From a virus: a stretch of 35,563 bases of DNA. Positions within the stretch are counted from its first letter, which is position 1. Every line of letters begins with the position of its first letter. Below the pieces are notes generated by a model. It saw only the letters and a list, made by a program, of their open reading frames with translations. It ran no database searches and had not been told where the DNA came from. Shown piece by piece: positions 22,465-31,707 of the stretch. The position numbers and the translations under genes were made by a program. Location of the stretch: IMG/VR virus record IMGVR_UViG_3300045988_077109, one strand, 5' to 3'.

Positions 22465-22755
22465 ATGAACGAAAATGAACTATCCATTCTTGTTGATGAG
22501 ATGAGAGAAGAGTTCCAGATTCCTCCATACTACGATGACAGACAGCTGAGAAATCTTGCAAAAGAAGGTGAACATGCAGTCGGGAGATTGAATCCTGGCT
22601 GTAGCATCACCAAAGATTTGACGTATCGAATGCTAATGAAGAATTATATGTATTATTCTTATCATCACCGAGTAAGTGAGTTTTTTGAGAATTATGCAAG
22701 TGTGATCCTGACTTGGCAGATGGAGACGGAGGTGGACGTAAATGGCACTGCCTGA
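22465..22755 (+). CDS. head-tail connector (gp6-like) protein
   Basis: 96 aa, the first gene after the capsid gene. Assigned from position and size in the conserved order. Confidence 0.65.
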   Translation: MNENELSILVDEMREEFQIPPYYDDRQLRNLAKEGEHAVGRLNPGCSITKDLTYRMLMKNYMYYSYHHRVSEFFENYASVILTWQMETEVDVNGTA

Positions 22756-23089
22756 ATACACTGACGGAGTATTTGAACTGTATCGCATCGAAAATGATGA
22801 GTCGGAAGATTATCCGGAAGAAAAGCTCCGTGATACCGGAATGCGCTTTTGGTATCGTGAGCTTGCGGTATATGACACCACCAGAGCAAAGCTATCCGCT
22901 GACAGCATCGAAGTGACGCTAAAACTCGCTATTCCACAGTATAAGCAGATTAACAGTAAATGTGTCTGTATTATTGGCGGAGAACAACACGAGATCTACA
23001 ATGTGGCGCACATCACTACGAAAGATGGATTTAGAGAGTCGGAACTGACTTTAAAAACACCAGCGCATGATCGTGAGGTGATCGCATGA
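22742..23089 (+). CDS. head closure / head-tail adaptor protein
   Basis: 115 aa, overlapping its neighbours. Assigned from position in the conserved head-tail joining block. Confidence 0.6.
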   Translation: MALPEYTDGVFELYRIENDESEDYPEEKLRDTGMRFWYRELAVYDTTRAKLSADSIEVTLKLAIPQYKQINSKCVCIIGGEQHEIYNVAHITTKDGFRESELTLKTPAHDREVIA

Positions 23090-23418
23090 CACAAAAAGAA
23101 TTAAGTAAGCTCTTACATGACATCGACTGTCCGGTTAATGAGGGAGTCAGTAGTCTCAAAAATGAAAAGATATTTCCGAGAATTGATTACTGGGAGATTA
23201 TGTGGGAAGACACAATGGCATCCGGTGACGATTATGAGAATGAGATTACATGGCAGATTAGTTTTTATGCTAGAAAGCCACGCAATCCGAAACTGATTGC
23301 ATTGAAAAACCGTCTGAATGAGCTTGGCTACCATCCGACCATTGCTCACGAATACGTGACAGAAGACCGTGTATGGCATTCTTACTTCTCAATTACAACT
23401 GATGGAGTGATTGGATGA
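23086..23418 (+). CDS. head-tail joining block protein, unassigned
   Basis: 110 aa, with ATGA-type overlaps on both sides. Confidence 0.6.
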   Translation: MTQKELSKLLHDIDCPVNEGVSSLKNEKIFPRIDYWEIMWEDTMASGDDYENEITWQISFYARKPRNPKLIALKNRLNELGYHPTIAHEYVTEDRVWHSYFSITTDGVIG

Positions 23419-23786
23419 GCAGCGGGATAACCTTTGACAGTGGAGGGTTTGAAGACTTCGAGGAACTGTTGAAACAGTATTCCGAGAACGTAAGCCCGGA
23501 CAAAGCACTTGACGCAGTGGAAGAGGGGGCAAAGGAGTTTGTGAATGACCTTCTGAGACTCCCAAAACCACGAAGTCAGATCACCAAAGCGGGGTACACG
23601 CATATCGTGAGTACATTCGCACTGGAAAGAACTGACAGCGGAATTAAGGTTGGATGGGGCAAGTATTACGGTCCAATGCTTGAGCATGGAACCAGGAAGA
23701 TGGCAGCAAGGGCACACTTGAAGCCACTCTTTGAAAGAAACAAGGAAAAATACTACAAGAAGATGACAGAGAGCATCTTCGGTTAG
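23415..23786 (+). CDS. HK97 gp10-like tail completion protein
   Basis: GPMLEHGTRKMAARAHLKPLF resembles the gp10-family (E/F)GT-x-x-m-x-a-x-P-f-l-x-P signature. Confidence 0.7.
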   Translation: MSSGITFDSGGFEDFEELLKQYSENVSPDKALDAVEEGAKEFVNDLLRLPKPRSQITKAGYTHIVSTFALERTDSGIKVGWGKYYGPMLEHGTRKMAARAHLKPLFERNKEKYYKKMTESIFG

Positions 23787-23797
23787 GAGGTTAACTA

Positions 23798-24415
23798 ATG
23801 CCTATTAATACAAAAAAACCGGCTATGAAACAGACAGTCGGTGCACAGTATATGTGTTTTGCTGATGCAACAGAGGGCAAAGAGTACGATGGCACTTACG
23901 AGGCTGATGTTGAGAAGACAGAAGTCGTTAAGAGCGTAAAGGTAACTGAGAACTCTGAGACAAGTGATGTGTATGCATCCGGAAAAATCTATGATTCAGA
24001 TTCACCGATGTCCAGTATCGACATTGAGGTATCTGTGATTGCATTCCCGGACGATACAATATCCAAAATGCGCGGAGAGACAAAAGGAACAGGCGGACTT
24101 ATCCTCGCTGGCGGAAAGAGCGAAAGACCAATCTTTGCTTATGGAAAGGTTGTAAAACTGAAAAACGGAAAATCTCGTTATGAGTGGTTTCCAAAATGCA
24201 AGCTTGTTGAGAACTCCGATGATATTGCAACATCTGAGGAAAAAGCAAGTGAGCAGACAGACACGATTAAGATCAGGGCATATCCGTTTGATGCAGAAGG
24301 AAACATCGTGAGCAAGGTCACAGAGTCCACGGCACCGGCAGGACTTACAGAAGAGAAGTTCTTCGCAAAACCGATTCTGACGGATGCAGACCTTACAACA
24401 GCAGTAGGAGCGTGA
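23798..24415 (+). CDS. major tail protein (205 aa)
   Basis: SD aggagg is upstream. Position is immediately before the chaperone/TMP pair, and the size is typical of phi13-type major tail proteins. Confidence 0.8.
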   Translation: MPINTKKPAMKQTVGAQYMCFADATEGKEYDGTYEADVEKTEVVKSVKVTENSETSDVYASGKIYDSDSPMSSIDIEVSVIAFPDDTISKMRGETKGTGGLILAGGKSERPIFAYGKVVKLKNGKSRYEWFPKCKLVENSDDIATSEEKASEQTDTIKIRAYPFDAEGNIVSKVTESTAPAGLTEEKFFAKPILTDADLTTAVGA

Positions 24416-24431
24416 AAGGAATAAGTGGCAC

Positions 24432-24788
24432 ATGAATGCAGGTAAAATTATAAAGCTTACAGACGGGACAACCATTGAAGCGAAAATGAATTTTGGAACA
24501 ATCTTTTATCTTGATCAGATAGGTGGTTCAAAGCTTGGACGGAGAATAGACAAACTTGAAAAGAGCGGAAAAGCAACAGACAGCGACAAGATGAATTTTG
24601 CAGCGAAGCTTATCTATGCAATGGTAAGAAGCAATGGGAGAAAAGTGACATTTGATGAAGCACTTCAGCTTGTGCCACCGGATCCGACAGAACTTCTTGA
24701 AGTTGTAGAGGCTTATCAGAAAGAAGTTGACAAAATTAAAAAAAAAGAGGAATCGAAAGCGCAGATGAAAGCATTCAGCTCGAGATAA
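24432..24788 (+). CDS. tail assembly chaperone (G-like), 118 aa
   Basis: It lies between the major tail and tape measure genes and contains the A9 slippery run at 24738..24746. Confidence 0.85.
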   Translation: MNAGKIIKLTDGTTIEAKMNFGTIFYLDQIGGSKLGRRIDKLEKSGKATDSDKMNFAAKLIYAMVRSNGRKVTFDEALQLVPPDPTELLEVVEAYQKEVDKIKKKEESKAQMKAFSSR

Positions 24789-24934
24789 ATTGGGCTGAAT
24801 ATATGGTTGATGCGAGAGAGATGGGAATGACAGAGGACGAGTTCTTCCACTCATGTCCCGTCTTTTTTTGCGAACAATATGAGATATTCCGTGAGAAGAA
24901 AGCGAGGGAGGTGAGGACGTTATATGGCAGATGA
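24740..24934 (+). CDS. -1 frame extension of the tail chaperone (GT-like product)
   Basis: I translated the -1 frame by hand. It is open from 24740 to TGA 24932..24934: KKRGIESADESIQLEINWAEYMVDAREMGMTEDEFFHSCPVFFCEQYEIFREKKAREVRTLYGR. It has no ATG of its own. The stop overlaps the TMP start. Confidence 0.75.
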   Translation, partial: KKRGIESADESIQLEINWAEYMVDAREMGMTEDEFFHSCPVFFCEQYEIFREKKAREVRTLYGR

Positions 24935-27062
24935 ACTGAAGAGAGTTGGATTAGTGTTTAAGGCAGATGGTGCAGCAGACTTTCAAAAGACGATGCAGCA
25001 GGTAAATACAGCCGTTCAGGAAAATAGTAATTCATTTAAACTTGCAAAAGCGGCATGGGATGATAGCACTACTGCAGTTGAAAAGTTAAAAGACCGTCAG
25101 GAATATTTGGCAAAACAGACGGACGTTTATTCTGATAAAGTGGAAATTCTGAAGCGTGAGCTTGAAGAAATGGAATCTGCAGAAAACAGAAATGAGGATG
25201 CAATCCGAAAGAAGCAGAACCAGCTTACAAGTGCACAGATTAGTTTAACAAAATATCAGAAAGGCCTTGCTGAAGTAACAGAAGAACTTGAGAGCGGAGC
25301 AGCAGAAAGTAAGGAACAAATTAGGAAATTATCTGATGAAATTGCAGAGTCTACAGATAAAATTAAGGCAAATGAGATTGAAATCGAAGCTCTTAAAGCG
25401 AAATATGACGATCATACAAAGTCGATTGTAAAATATAAAGATGAACAGAAGTATCTTTTAAATCAAACAGAGAATTACGAAAGAATACTTGAATCATTAA
25501 AAAAACAATTGAATATTCTTGAATCTGCTGAAAATAAAGATGAAAAAGCAATTCAGGACAAAAAGAATGAGATAAATGAAACTACTACAAAACTTAATGG
25601 TTACAAAAGTAAACTGGAAGATGTTGAGAAAAAGCTGAAAAGCGGAGCAGCTGCAACGGAAGGCTATGCTGAAAAAGTACAGGATTTTGGAAATAAAGCA
25701 AAAGAGACAGGGGATAAGTTTAGCGGAATATCAACGGCGGCAGCAGGCATAGTAGCGGCAACAGCAGCTACAGTACCTGCAACGGCAGAATATCGTAAAA
25801 TTATGGGATCCCTTGAGGTATCGAGCCAAAATGCAGGGTACACAGCAGAACAAACAGCGGAAAGTTACAGGACCTTATATGGTGTGCTTGCAGATGATCA
25901 GACAGCTGCAACAACTACGGCCAATCTTCAGGCGCTGGGCTTATCACAAGAAGAATTAAATACGGTAATTGAGGGGACGATTGGTGCATGGGCAACTTAC
26001 GGGGATAGTATTCCTATTGATGGACTTGCAGAATCAATCAATGAGACTGTGAAAACAAGTACTGTTACTGGGACTTTTGCGGATATGCTCAATTGGGCGG
26101 GAACCTCGGAGGACGCATTTAATGAAAAGCTTGCAGCTTGTGGAAGCGAAAGTGAGAGAGTAAACCTGGTCATGCAGGAAATGGCGAATCAGGGTCTCGT
26201 AGATGCAGGAAAAAAATGGCAGGAAAACAATAAGAACTTGGTAGACGGAAATAAGGCAACAGCAGATTTCCAACAGGCAACCGCTGAGCTTGCGGATACA
26301 GTCGCACCGCTGATTACCAAAATTACGGAATTGATTGCCGGATTGATTGAAGAGTTTAATCAGCTCTCCCCGGAGGGACAGAGATTGATTGCCGGATGTG
26401 TATTGGTAGTGGCAGCAATAGCTCCAATTCTTTCGGGAATCGGGAATATTGCGATGGGAATACAAACATTGATTCCGTTGATTTCAAATCTATGGACCGT
26501 GCTTGGACCAATGGGAATTGTCGTGATAATTGGTTTGATTATCCTTTTATATAATAAATGTGAATGGTTTAGAAATGGAGTTAATGCACTATTTGGCGGC
26601 ATTGCTGATTTTATTAAAGGTGTAATTAATAAAATCAAGGGATTTTTCAACTTTGAATGGAAACTTCCGAAAATCAAGCTCCCACACTTCAAGGCAAGCG
26701 GATCATGGTCGCTTGTTCCACCAAAAGTTCCAAAGTTTTCGGTTGACTGGTACGCAAACGGCGGTATCTTGAACAGCCCAACTATTTTCGGAATGAACGG
26801 AGACAGAATGATGGGCGGTGGCGAAGCTGGAGCAGAAGCAGTTCTTCCGATCGACTTGCTAAAGACTTATATCCGTGATGAGATGCAGTCCAATAATACT
26901 GTACTTGCTCAGTTGATTGCTGAAGCTTTGTCGGAATTGACATTTGTCATTGAGAATAACATTTCACTCGGAGACAAAAAGCTTGCTGATGTACTAGTAG
27001 ATGCCATCATCAAAAAGCTGTCCTCTAGCGTTAAATGGAAGAAAGGAGCTGTCGGAGTATGA
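24924..27062 (+). CDS. tape measure protein (712 aa)
   Basis: Long coiled-coil N-terminal half, hydrophobic segments (AAGIVAATAATVPA, LIAGCVLVVAAIAPILSGIGNIAMGI) and a GGGEAGAEAVLPI C-terminal motif. Confidence 0.92.
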   Translation: MADELKRVGLVFKADGAADFQKTMQQVNTAVQENSNSFKLAKAAWDDSTTAVEKLKDRQEYLAKQTDVYSDKVEILKRELEEMESAENRNEDAIRKKQNQLTSAQISLTKYQKGLAEVTEELESGAAESKEQIRKLSDEIAESTDKIKANEIEIEALKAKYDDHTKSIVKYKDEQKYLLNQTENYERILESLKKQLNILESAENKDEKAIQDKKNEINETTTKLNGYKSKLEDVEKKLKSGAAATEGYAEKVQDFGNKAKETGDKFSGISTAAAGIVAATAATVPATAEYRKIMGSLEVSSQNAGYTAEQTAESYRTLYGVLADDQTAATTTANLQALGLSQEELNTVIEGTIGAWATYGDSIPIDGLAESINETVKTSTVTGTFADMLNWAGTSEDAFNEKLAACGSESERVNLVMQEMANQGLVDAGKKWQENNKNLVDGNKATADFQQATAELADTVAPLITKITELIAGLIEEFNQLSPEGQRLIAGCVLVVAAIAPILSGIGNIAMGIQTLIPLISNLWTVLGPMGIVVIIGLIILLYNKCEWFRNGVNALFGGIADFIKGVINKIKGFFNFEWKLPKIKLPHFKASGSWSLVPPKVPKFSVDWYANGGILNSPTIFGMNGDRMMGGGEAGAEAVLPIDLLKTYIRDEMQSNNTVLAQLIAEALSELTFVIENNISLGDKKLADVLVDAIIKKLSSSVKWKKGAVGV

Positions 27063-27757
27063 TGGACGTAGAATATAATGGAATTCTTGCATCAAGCTTA
27101 GGAATCTATGCGAAAAATATTCCTGACATTCCGGCAGCTGTCCGAAAAGAAAAGACAGTGGATATTCCTGGCATGGACGGAACGCTGATTCTGTTGGAGG
27201 GAGGTTATGAATCCACAGAAATCAAAGTGGATTTTAACTTTATTGGAGATTCTGACCGATGGGATGAACGTTTCGGACTTGCAAAAAAATGGCTGTCAAA
27301 AAGAGGTGGATTGCTCCGGTTTGGCTGTGATCCGGAGCATTACTACAAGATTTTGAAAGTTGAAGTGGACGATGGGAAGCGTACTACGGAAAGAGTTGGT
27401 AATTTTACAGCTACTTTCCTAACCAAAGATGGACTTAGGTATCTCGAAAGCGGACTCGGAGAAATGCCTGCGAGTGATGTAGTAGACAATCCTTATGAGA
27501 TTGCCTATCCAATCTATAAGATTACTGGCGAGGGCGAATGCACTCTTGTCGTCAATGATGGAAAAATGGTGGCAAATATAGGGCAAAACCTAACCATTGA
27601 CACAGGACGGAAACTTGCATACAGAGAAGACGGAACACTTAGTAATACGTCTGTGACTGGTGATTACGATAACCTCATTTTGATTGAGGGGAGAAATAAA
27701 ATCGAAATTACGGACGGATTTGAACTGAAAGTAATTCCGAATTGGAGGCGTTTATAG
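27059..27757 (+). CDS. distal tail protein (Dit)
   Basis: ATG 27059 overlaps the TMP stop. MMDVEYNGILASSLGIYAKNIPDIPAAVRKEKTVDIPGMDGTL is a typical siphovirus Dit N-terminus. Confidence 0.85.
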   Translation: MMDVEYNGILASSLGIYAKNIPDIPAAVRKEKTVDIPGMDGTLILLEGGYESTEIKVDFNFIGDSDRWDERFGLAKKWLSKRGGLLRFGCDPEHYYKILKVEVDDGKRTTERVGNFTATFLTKDGLRYLESGLGEMPASDVVDNPYEIAYPIYKITGEGECTLVVNDGKMVANIGQNLTIDTGRKLAYREDGTLSNTSVTGDYDNLILIEGRNKIEITDGFELKVIPNWRRL

Positions 27758-29664
27758 TGATTCAGATTTATAGTGCCGAAAATAAAGATTATGATCACAA
27801 TGGAGATATGACACTTCTTCCAGAAGAATGTTCTGTTCATGTGGTACTGAATGGCGAATGGACAGCCACATTAGAGCATCCGATTGATGATGAGGGCAGA
27901 TGGAAATATATCAATGACAATGCAGTTGTTAAGATGCCATCATTCAATGGCGAACAGTTGTTCCGTATTAAAAATAAAGAAAAAAGAGATTCAGGAGTGA
28001 GTGCAGAGCTTACTCCTATCTTTTTGGATGCAAAAGAGGATTGCTTTTTATTGGACGTAAGACCAACCGAGAAGAATGGACAAGATGCATTGGACATCAT
28101 GACCGCTCCGAACAAGATGTATTCAGCAAAGTCGGATATCAAAAAGTTATCTACAGCGTATTATCAGACAAAAAATCTGATTGAAGCCATCAATGGAAAT
28201 GATGAGAACTCATTTATCAATAGATGGGGTGGCGAAATCCTCTACAATAACTATCAGATCACGATAGATGATCATGTCGGTGGTGATTATGGAGTGCAAG
28301 TCCTCTACGGCAAGAATATCGTCAAGGACGGATTTTCCGAAACGATCGACATGACGGAAGTTGCTACGAGAATCATTCCGAAGTCATACAACGGATATAT
28401 GATTGCCGGAGACGCACCTTGGATAGATTCGCCACTGATTGAAAAATATCCAACAGTGCATTACAAAGTCATGTCTTTTGAGGATGTGAAAATGCGTGCA
28501 GATGCCTCAGAGGACGATGAGACAAACGGAACAATCATTTGCGATACGCAGGAACAGCTCGAAGGAGCACTCAAAAAGAAATGTGAAGAACAGTATGCTG
28601 CAGGTGTCGACAAGCCGAAGATTACGATCAAAGCAGACATGGAGCTTCTGCAGAACACGGAACTGTACGAGGACGTGAAAGAGTTGGAAGCTGTATCACT
28701 TGGAGATACCGTCCACTGTAAACACTCTAAGCTCAGAATCGTATCTGATGCAAGAGTCATCGAATTGGAATGGGATGCTGTAAGGAATAAGCTTATTTCG
28801 GTCACCCTGGGAAAATTCCAGTACAATTTTTTAAATAACGTATCGTCCATCATGAATAGAGTTGAACAGGCTATCCGCTCAGATGGTAGTCTTATTGGAC
28901 AGCAAGTGCAAGGTACGATCAATGGAGTTAAGGCACAGCTTAGAGCGCAATCATCCATTGCAAAAAAACAGACGGTCCGTGCAGTACTATTTGAAGATTT
29001 GGATCCTGACTCTCCGACATTCGGAGCAATGTGTTTAGGCACGCTCGGATTTGAGATTGCATCAGAACGCACGGCTGATGGGAGAGATTGGAAGTGGAGC
29101 ACATTCGGAACAGGACAAGGATTCTTTGCAGATTTTATTGTGGCCGGAACAATGCTTGCTGACCGTATCAAAGGCGGAACGTTGGAATTAGGCGGTGCTG
29201 GAAATGGTAATGGAGTTGCGAAAGTACTTAACGCTGACGGAAATGAGATTGTGCGATTAGACAAGGATGGTGTGTACGCAAAAGGTAAATATGTCTGTGC
29301 TAACACGGATGGGAGTCAGACGGCTACCCTTTCAAATGGAAATTTAACGTTCAAGACCGAATCTTACGAGGTTGTCGTCCGTGCTGGTGCGATCGGTGGA
29401 TTGACTGGACTTATGATCTATCCAGAGCAAGGTTCTGTTAGAACAAAATTCCTCTCTATTGGAGATAAATTATCTGCAAGGTTTGACAATATATCGCTTC
29501 TGGCTTCGGGAAAAACGACCATCGGCGGAGCATCTCTTGAGGTGCAACGTGACGGAAAAGGATATTCCGGCAAGACTGGAAAAGCTGTCTTTTCTGACGG
29601 AACTTACCTCGAATACGTCAATGGATTTTTGGTTGGCGGAAACACGAAAGAAGGTGGCTTTTAA
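27757..29664 (+). CDS. tail-associated protein (Tal) / minor structural protein
   Basis: GTG 27757 lies 8 nt after ggagg (the track uses TTG 27742). IQIYSAENKDYDHNGDMTLLPE... resembles the phage minor structural protein N-terminal region. It follows Dit. Confidence 0.82.
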   Translation: MIQIYSAENKDYDHNGDMTLLPEECSVHVVLNGEWTATLEHPIDDEGRWKYINDNAVVKMPSFNGEQLFRIKNKEKRDSGVSAELTPIFLDAKEDCFLLDVRPTEKNGQDALDIMTAPNKMYSAKSDIKKLSTAYYQTKNLIEAINGNDENSFINRWGGEILYNNYQITIDDHVGGDYGVQVLYGKNIVKDGFSETIDMTEVATRIIPKSYNGYMIAGDAPWIDSPLIEKYPTVHYKVMSFEDVKMRADASEDDETNGTIICDTQEQLEGALKKKCEEQYAAGVDKPKITIKADMELLQNTELYEDVKELEAVSLGDTVHCKHSKLRIVSDARVIELEWDAVRNKLISVTLGKFQYNFLNNVSSIMNRVEQAIRSDGSLIGQQVQGTINGVKAQLRAQSSIAKKQTVRAVLFEDLDPDSPTFGAMCLGTLGFEIASERTADGRDWKWSTFGTGQGFFADFIVAGTMLADRIKGGTLELGGAGNGNGVAKVLNADGNEIVRLDKDGVYAKGKYVCANTDGSQTATLSNGNLTFKTESYEVVVRAGAIGGLTGLMIYPEQGSVRTKFLSIGDKLSARFDNISLLASGKTTIGGASLEVQRDGKGYSGKTGKAVFSDGTYLEYVNGFLVGGNTKEGGF

Positions 29665-30671
29665 TGGCTTGGACAATCGGAAATTACGCTCTATCACAAG
29701 AGCAGATGAATGCAAATGCGTTGGAAGTGTATAAATATCTCTCAGCAAGAGGATGGTCGCTAAATGCAATTGCTGGATTGCTTGGCAATATGCAGAGTGA
29801 GTCCTATGTCAATCCTGGAGTGTGGCAGAGTTTGCAAGCGAATAACTATTCGGGTGGGTTTGGTCTTGTGCAGTGGACTCCTGCCACGAATTATACGGAC
29901 TGGGCGCGCCAGAACGGATATGATATTGCAGATCCGAACGGTCAGCTGTATTGGATTGACGCCTTGTCGGAGTCGACAGGACAGTGGATTCCAACAAGCG
30001 CTTACAATATGTCGTGGAGCGCATTTAAAAAGTCAGGATCCTCGCCGGAAGACCTCGCCAGTGCATTCCTCAAAAATTTTGAACGCGCCGGAGTAGAGGT
30101 TGAGTCCAACAGACGGTCACAGGCTCGGAGTTATTTTAACTTACTCGGTCAGTACGGTAAAAATGCCAAAGCTGTAGAGTCTGCAGTTCAATGGGCGATT
30201 GGAATTGCAAATGATAATAGCCACGGATACGATCAAGGGAGTCGGTGGGGTCCAGACTATGACTGTTCCTCATTACTGATCACTGCTTATCAGCAAGCCG
30301 GAATCAAGGTTAAGGATGCCGGTGCGACATATACCGGAAATATGTACTCTGCATTTTTAGCGTGTGGATTTGAGGATGTGACAGGATTTGTCAATCTGTC
30401 AAATGGTAGCGGAATAAAGCGAGGAGATATCTTGCTAAACACCGCTAGTCACACCGCTATGTCGATCGGCAATGGTCAAGTAGTACAGGCGAGTCAGAAT
30501 GAGCTTGGTGGTGCTACTGGAGGCCAGACTGGTGACCAGACAGGACGAGAAATATGGTGCACGAATTATTATAATTTCCCGTGGAATTATGTACTGAGAT
30601 TGTCGCACAGTGAATCAGGCGGATCGTCAGGCGGAACATCAGCGTATATCGTCAAATGGATTCCAGGATAG
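29664..30671 (+). CDS. virion peptidoglycan hydrolase: tail-lysozyme-like domain plus NlpC/P60-like domain (335 aa)
   Basis: N-terminus WSLNAIAGLLGNMQSESYVNPGVWQ...GGFGLVQWT is phage-tail-lysozyme-like. C-terminus HGYDQGSRWGPDYDCSSLLITAYQQAG...GDILLNTASHTAMSIG has a Cys/His pair as in CwlT-type DL-endopeptidases. Confidence 0.8.
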   Translation: MAWTIGNYALSQEQMNANALEVYKYLSARGWSLNAIAGLLGNMQSESYVNPGVWQSLQANNYSGGFGLVQWTPATNYTDWARQNGYDIADPNGQLYWIDALSESTGQWIPTSAYNMSWSAFKKSGSSPEDLASAFLKNFERAGVEVESNRRSQARSYFNLLGQYGKNAKAVESAVQWAIGIANDNSHGYDQGSRWGPDYDCSSLLITAYQQAGIKVKDAGATYTGNMYSAFLACGFEDVTGFVNLSNGSGIKRGDILLNTASHTAMSIGNGQVVQASQNELGGATGGQTGDQTGREIWCTNYYNFPWNYVLRLSHSESGGSSGGTSAYIVKWIPG

Positions 30672-30683
30672 AAAGGATAAAGT

Positions 30684-31694
30684 ATGAATACGATTAAAAG
30701 AGATGTGTATGTGTTAAAAAATACTATCAAAATTCCGATTGAAATCACGGAAGGCACTGATATGATCGGAATCGAATTTACGGTCAGGGATTTTACGATT
30801 CCGGCAACGGCAGCAGTTGTGGCTTATGCAAATCACAAAAGCATGAGCAGACCTAATTCCGCTCTGTGCGAACTGGCTGATAATGTGATTGCGTTTTCCC
30901 CGAGTTCAGGTTTTTTTGCTGTTGGAATGAATGAGTTGCAGATCAGGATCATTAATGAAGACAAGACACTAGTATCTTTTGCGGAAAAAGTAAAATGCTC
31001 TGGATCTGCTGGATTTCCAGACGATGAGGAAGAAGGCAAACAGACTCTTGTCGAGCAGGCGGTCACGGCGGTAAGCAAAGAATCTGGCGAAAGAAAAACC
31101 GCTGATGAGAATGAAAAAGCACAGCGTATTGCAGGCGATCAAGAAGAAAGAGATGCAAGGATTGAAGCAATCAATCTCGAAAAGAGTGAAAGAGATAAAG
31201 CGATTGAAGCAGAGAAAAACGCAAGAATCAAGGCAGACGATGAAATCAAAGCGAATCGCGCAAAAACTCTCGATGCGGTAAAAACCACTACAAAAGAGGG
31301 TACATTTGTTGATGCCTTGGCGGTTAAAGAACTGAGCGAAAAGATGGACGATATAGATGTAAAGACGGAGAATCTTGGAAAGAAGATTGCTATATTTGTA
31401 GACTCAGTTGTAAAAGGTTCAGTTAGCTTTAACACATCGGACTACTTAAAAGATGGAGTCAAATACGCTTTTACCGTAACCGTGTCCTCGGCTGTTAACG
31501 ATACATCTTGTGCGCAGGAAATAAGCTGCAAGCTTAATAATACGCTGATTGGCCAGAATGGTAATTACTGTAAATTATCATCTACATTTTGCGGACGATG
31601 CTCAAAAGGAGACACAATCCTTGTTACGTCATACAAAAATGGCGGGGAGTGGAGCATGTTTAACACGAGACTGATTTTTGTTCCGGTAGATTAG
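30684..31694 (+). CDS. baseplate/fibre protein with a BppU-N-like N-terminus and a coiled coil (336 aa)
   Basis: Position in the tail-tip module. The central heptad-rich region is ERKTADENEKAQRIAGDQEERDARIEAINLEKSERDKAIEAEKNARIKADDE. Confidence 0.65.
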   Translation: MNTIKRDVYVLKNTIKIPIEITEGTDMIGIEFTVRDFTIPATAAVVAYANHKSMSRPNSALCELADNVIAFSPSSGFFAVGMNELQIRIINEDKTLVSFAEKVKCSGSAGFPDDEEEGKQTLVEQAVTAVSKESGERKTADENEKAQRIAGDQEERDARIEAINLEKSERDKAIEAEKNARIKADDEIKANRAKTLDAVKTTTKEGTFVDALAVKELSEKMDDIDVKTENLGKKIAIFVDSVVKGSVSFNTSDYLKDGVKYAFTVTVSSAVNDTSCAQEISCKLNNTLIGQNGNYCKLSSTFCGRCSKGDTILVTSYKNGGEWSMFNTRLIFVPVD

Positions 31695-31707
31695 GAGGTG
31701 ATGGAAA

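Noticed and set aside
28461-29306. 281-aa minus-strand ORF
   Set aside because: It lies entirely antisense to the Tal gene, which has family-like sequence and operon context. Its Ser/Pro/Ala/Phe-rich low-complexity translation is typical of the reverse frame of a purine-rich gene. It has no SD.
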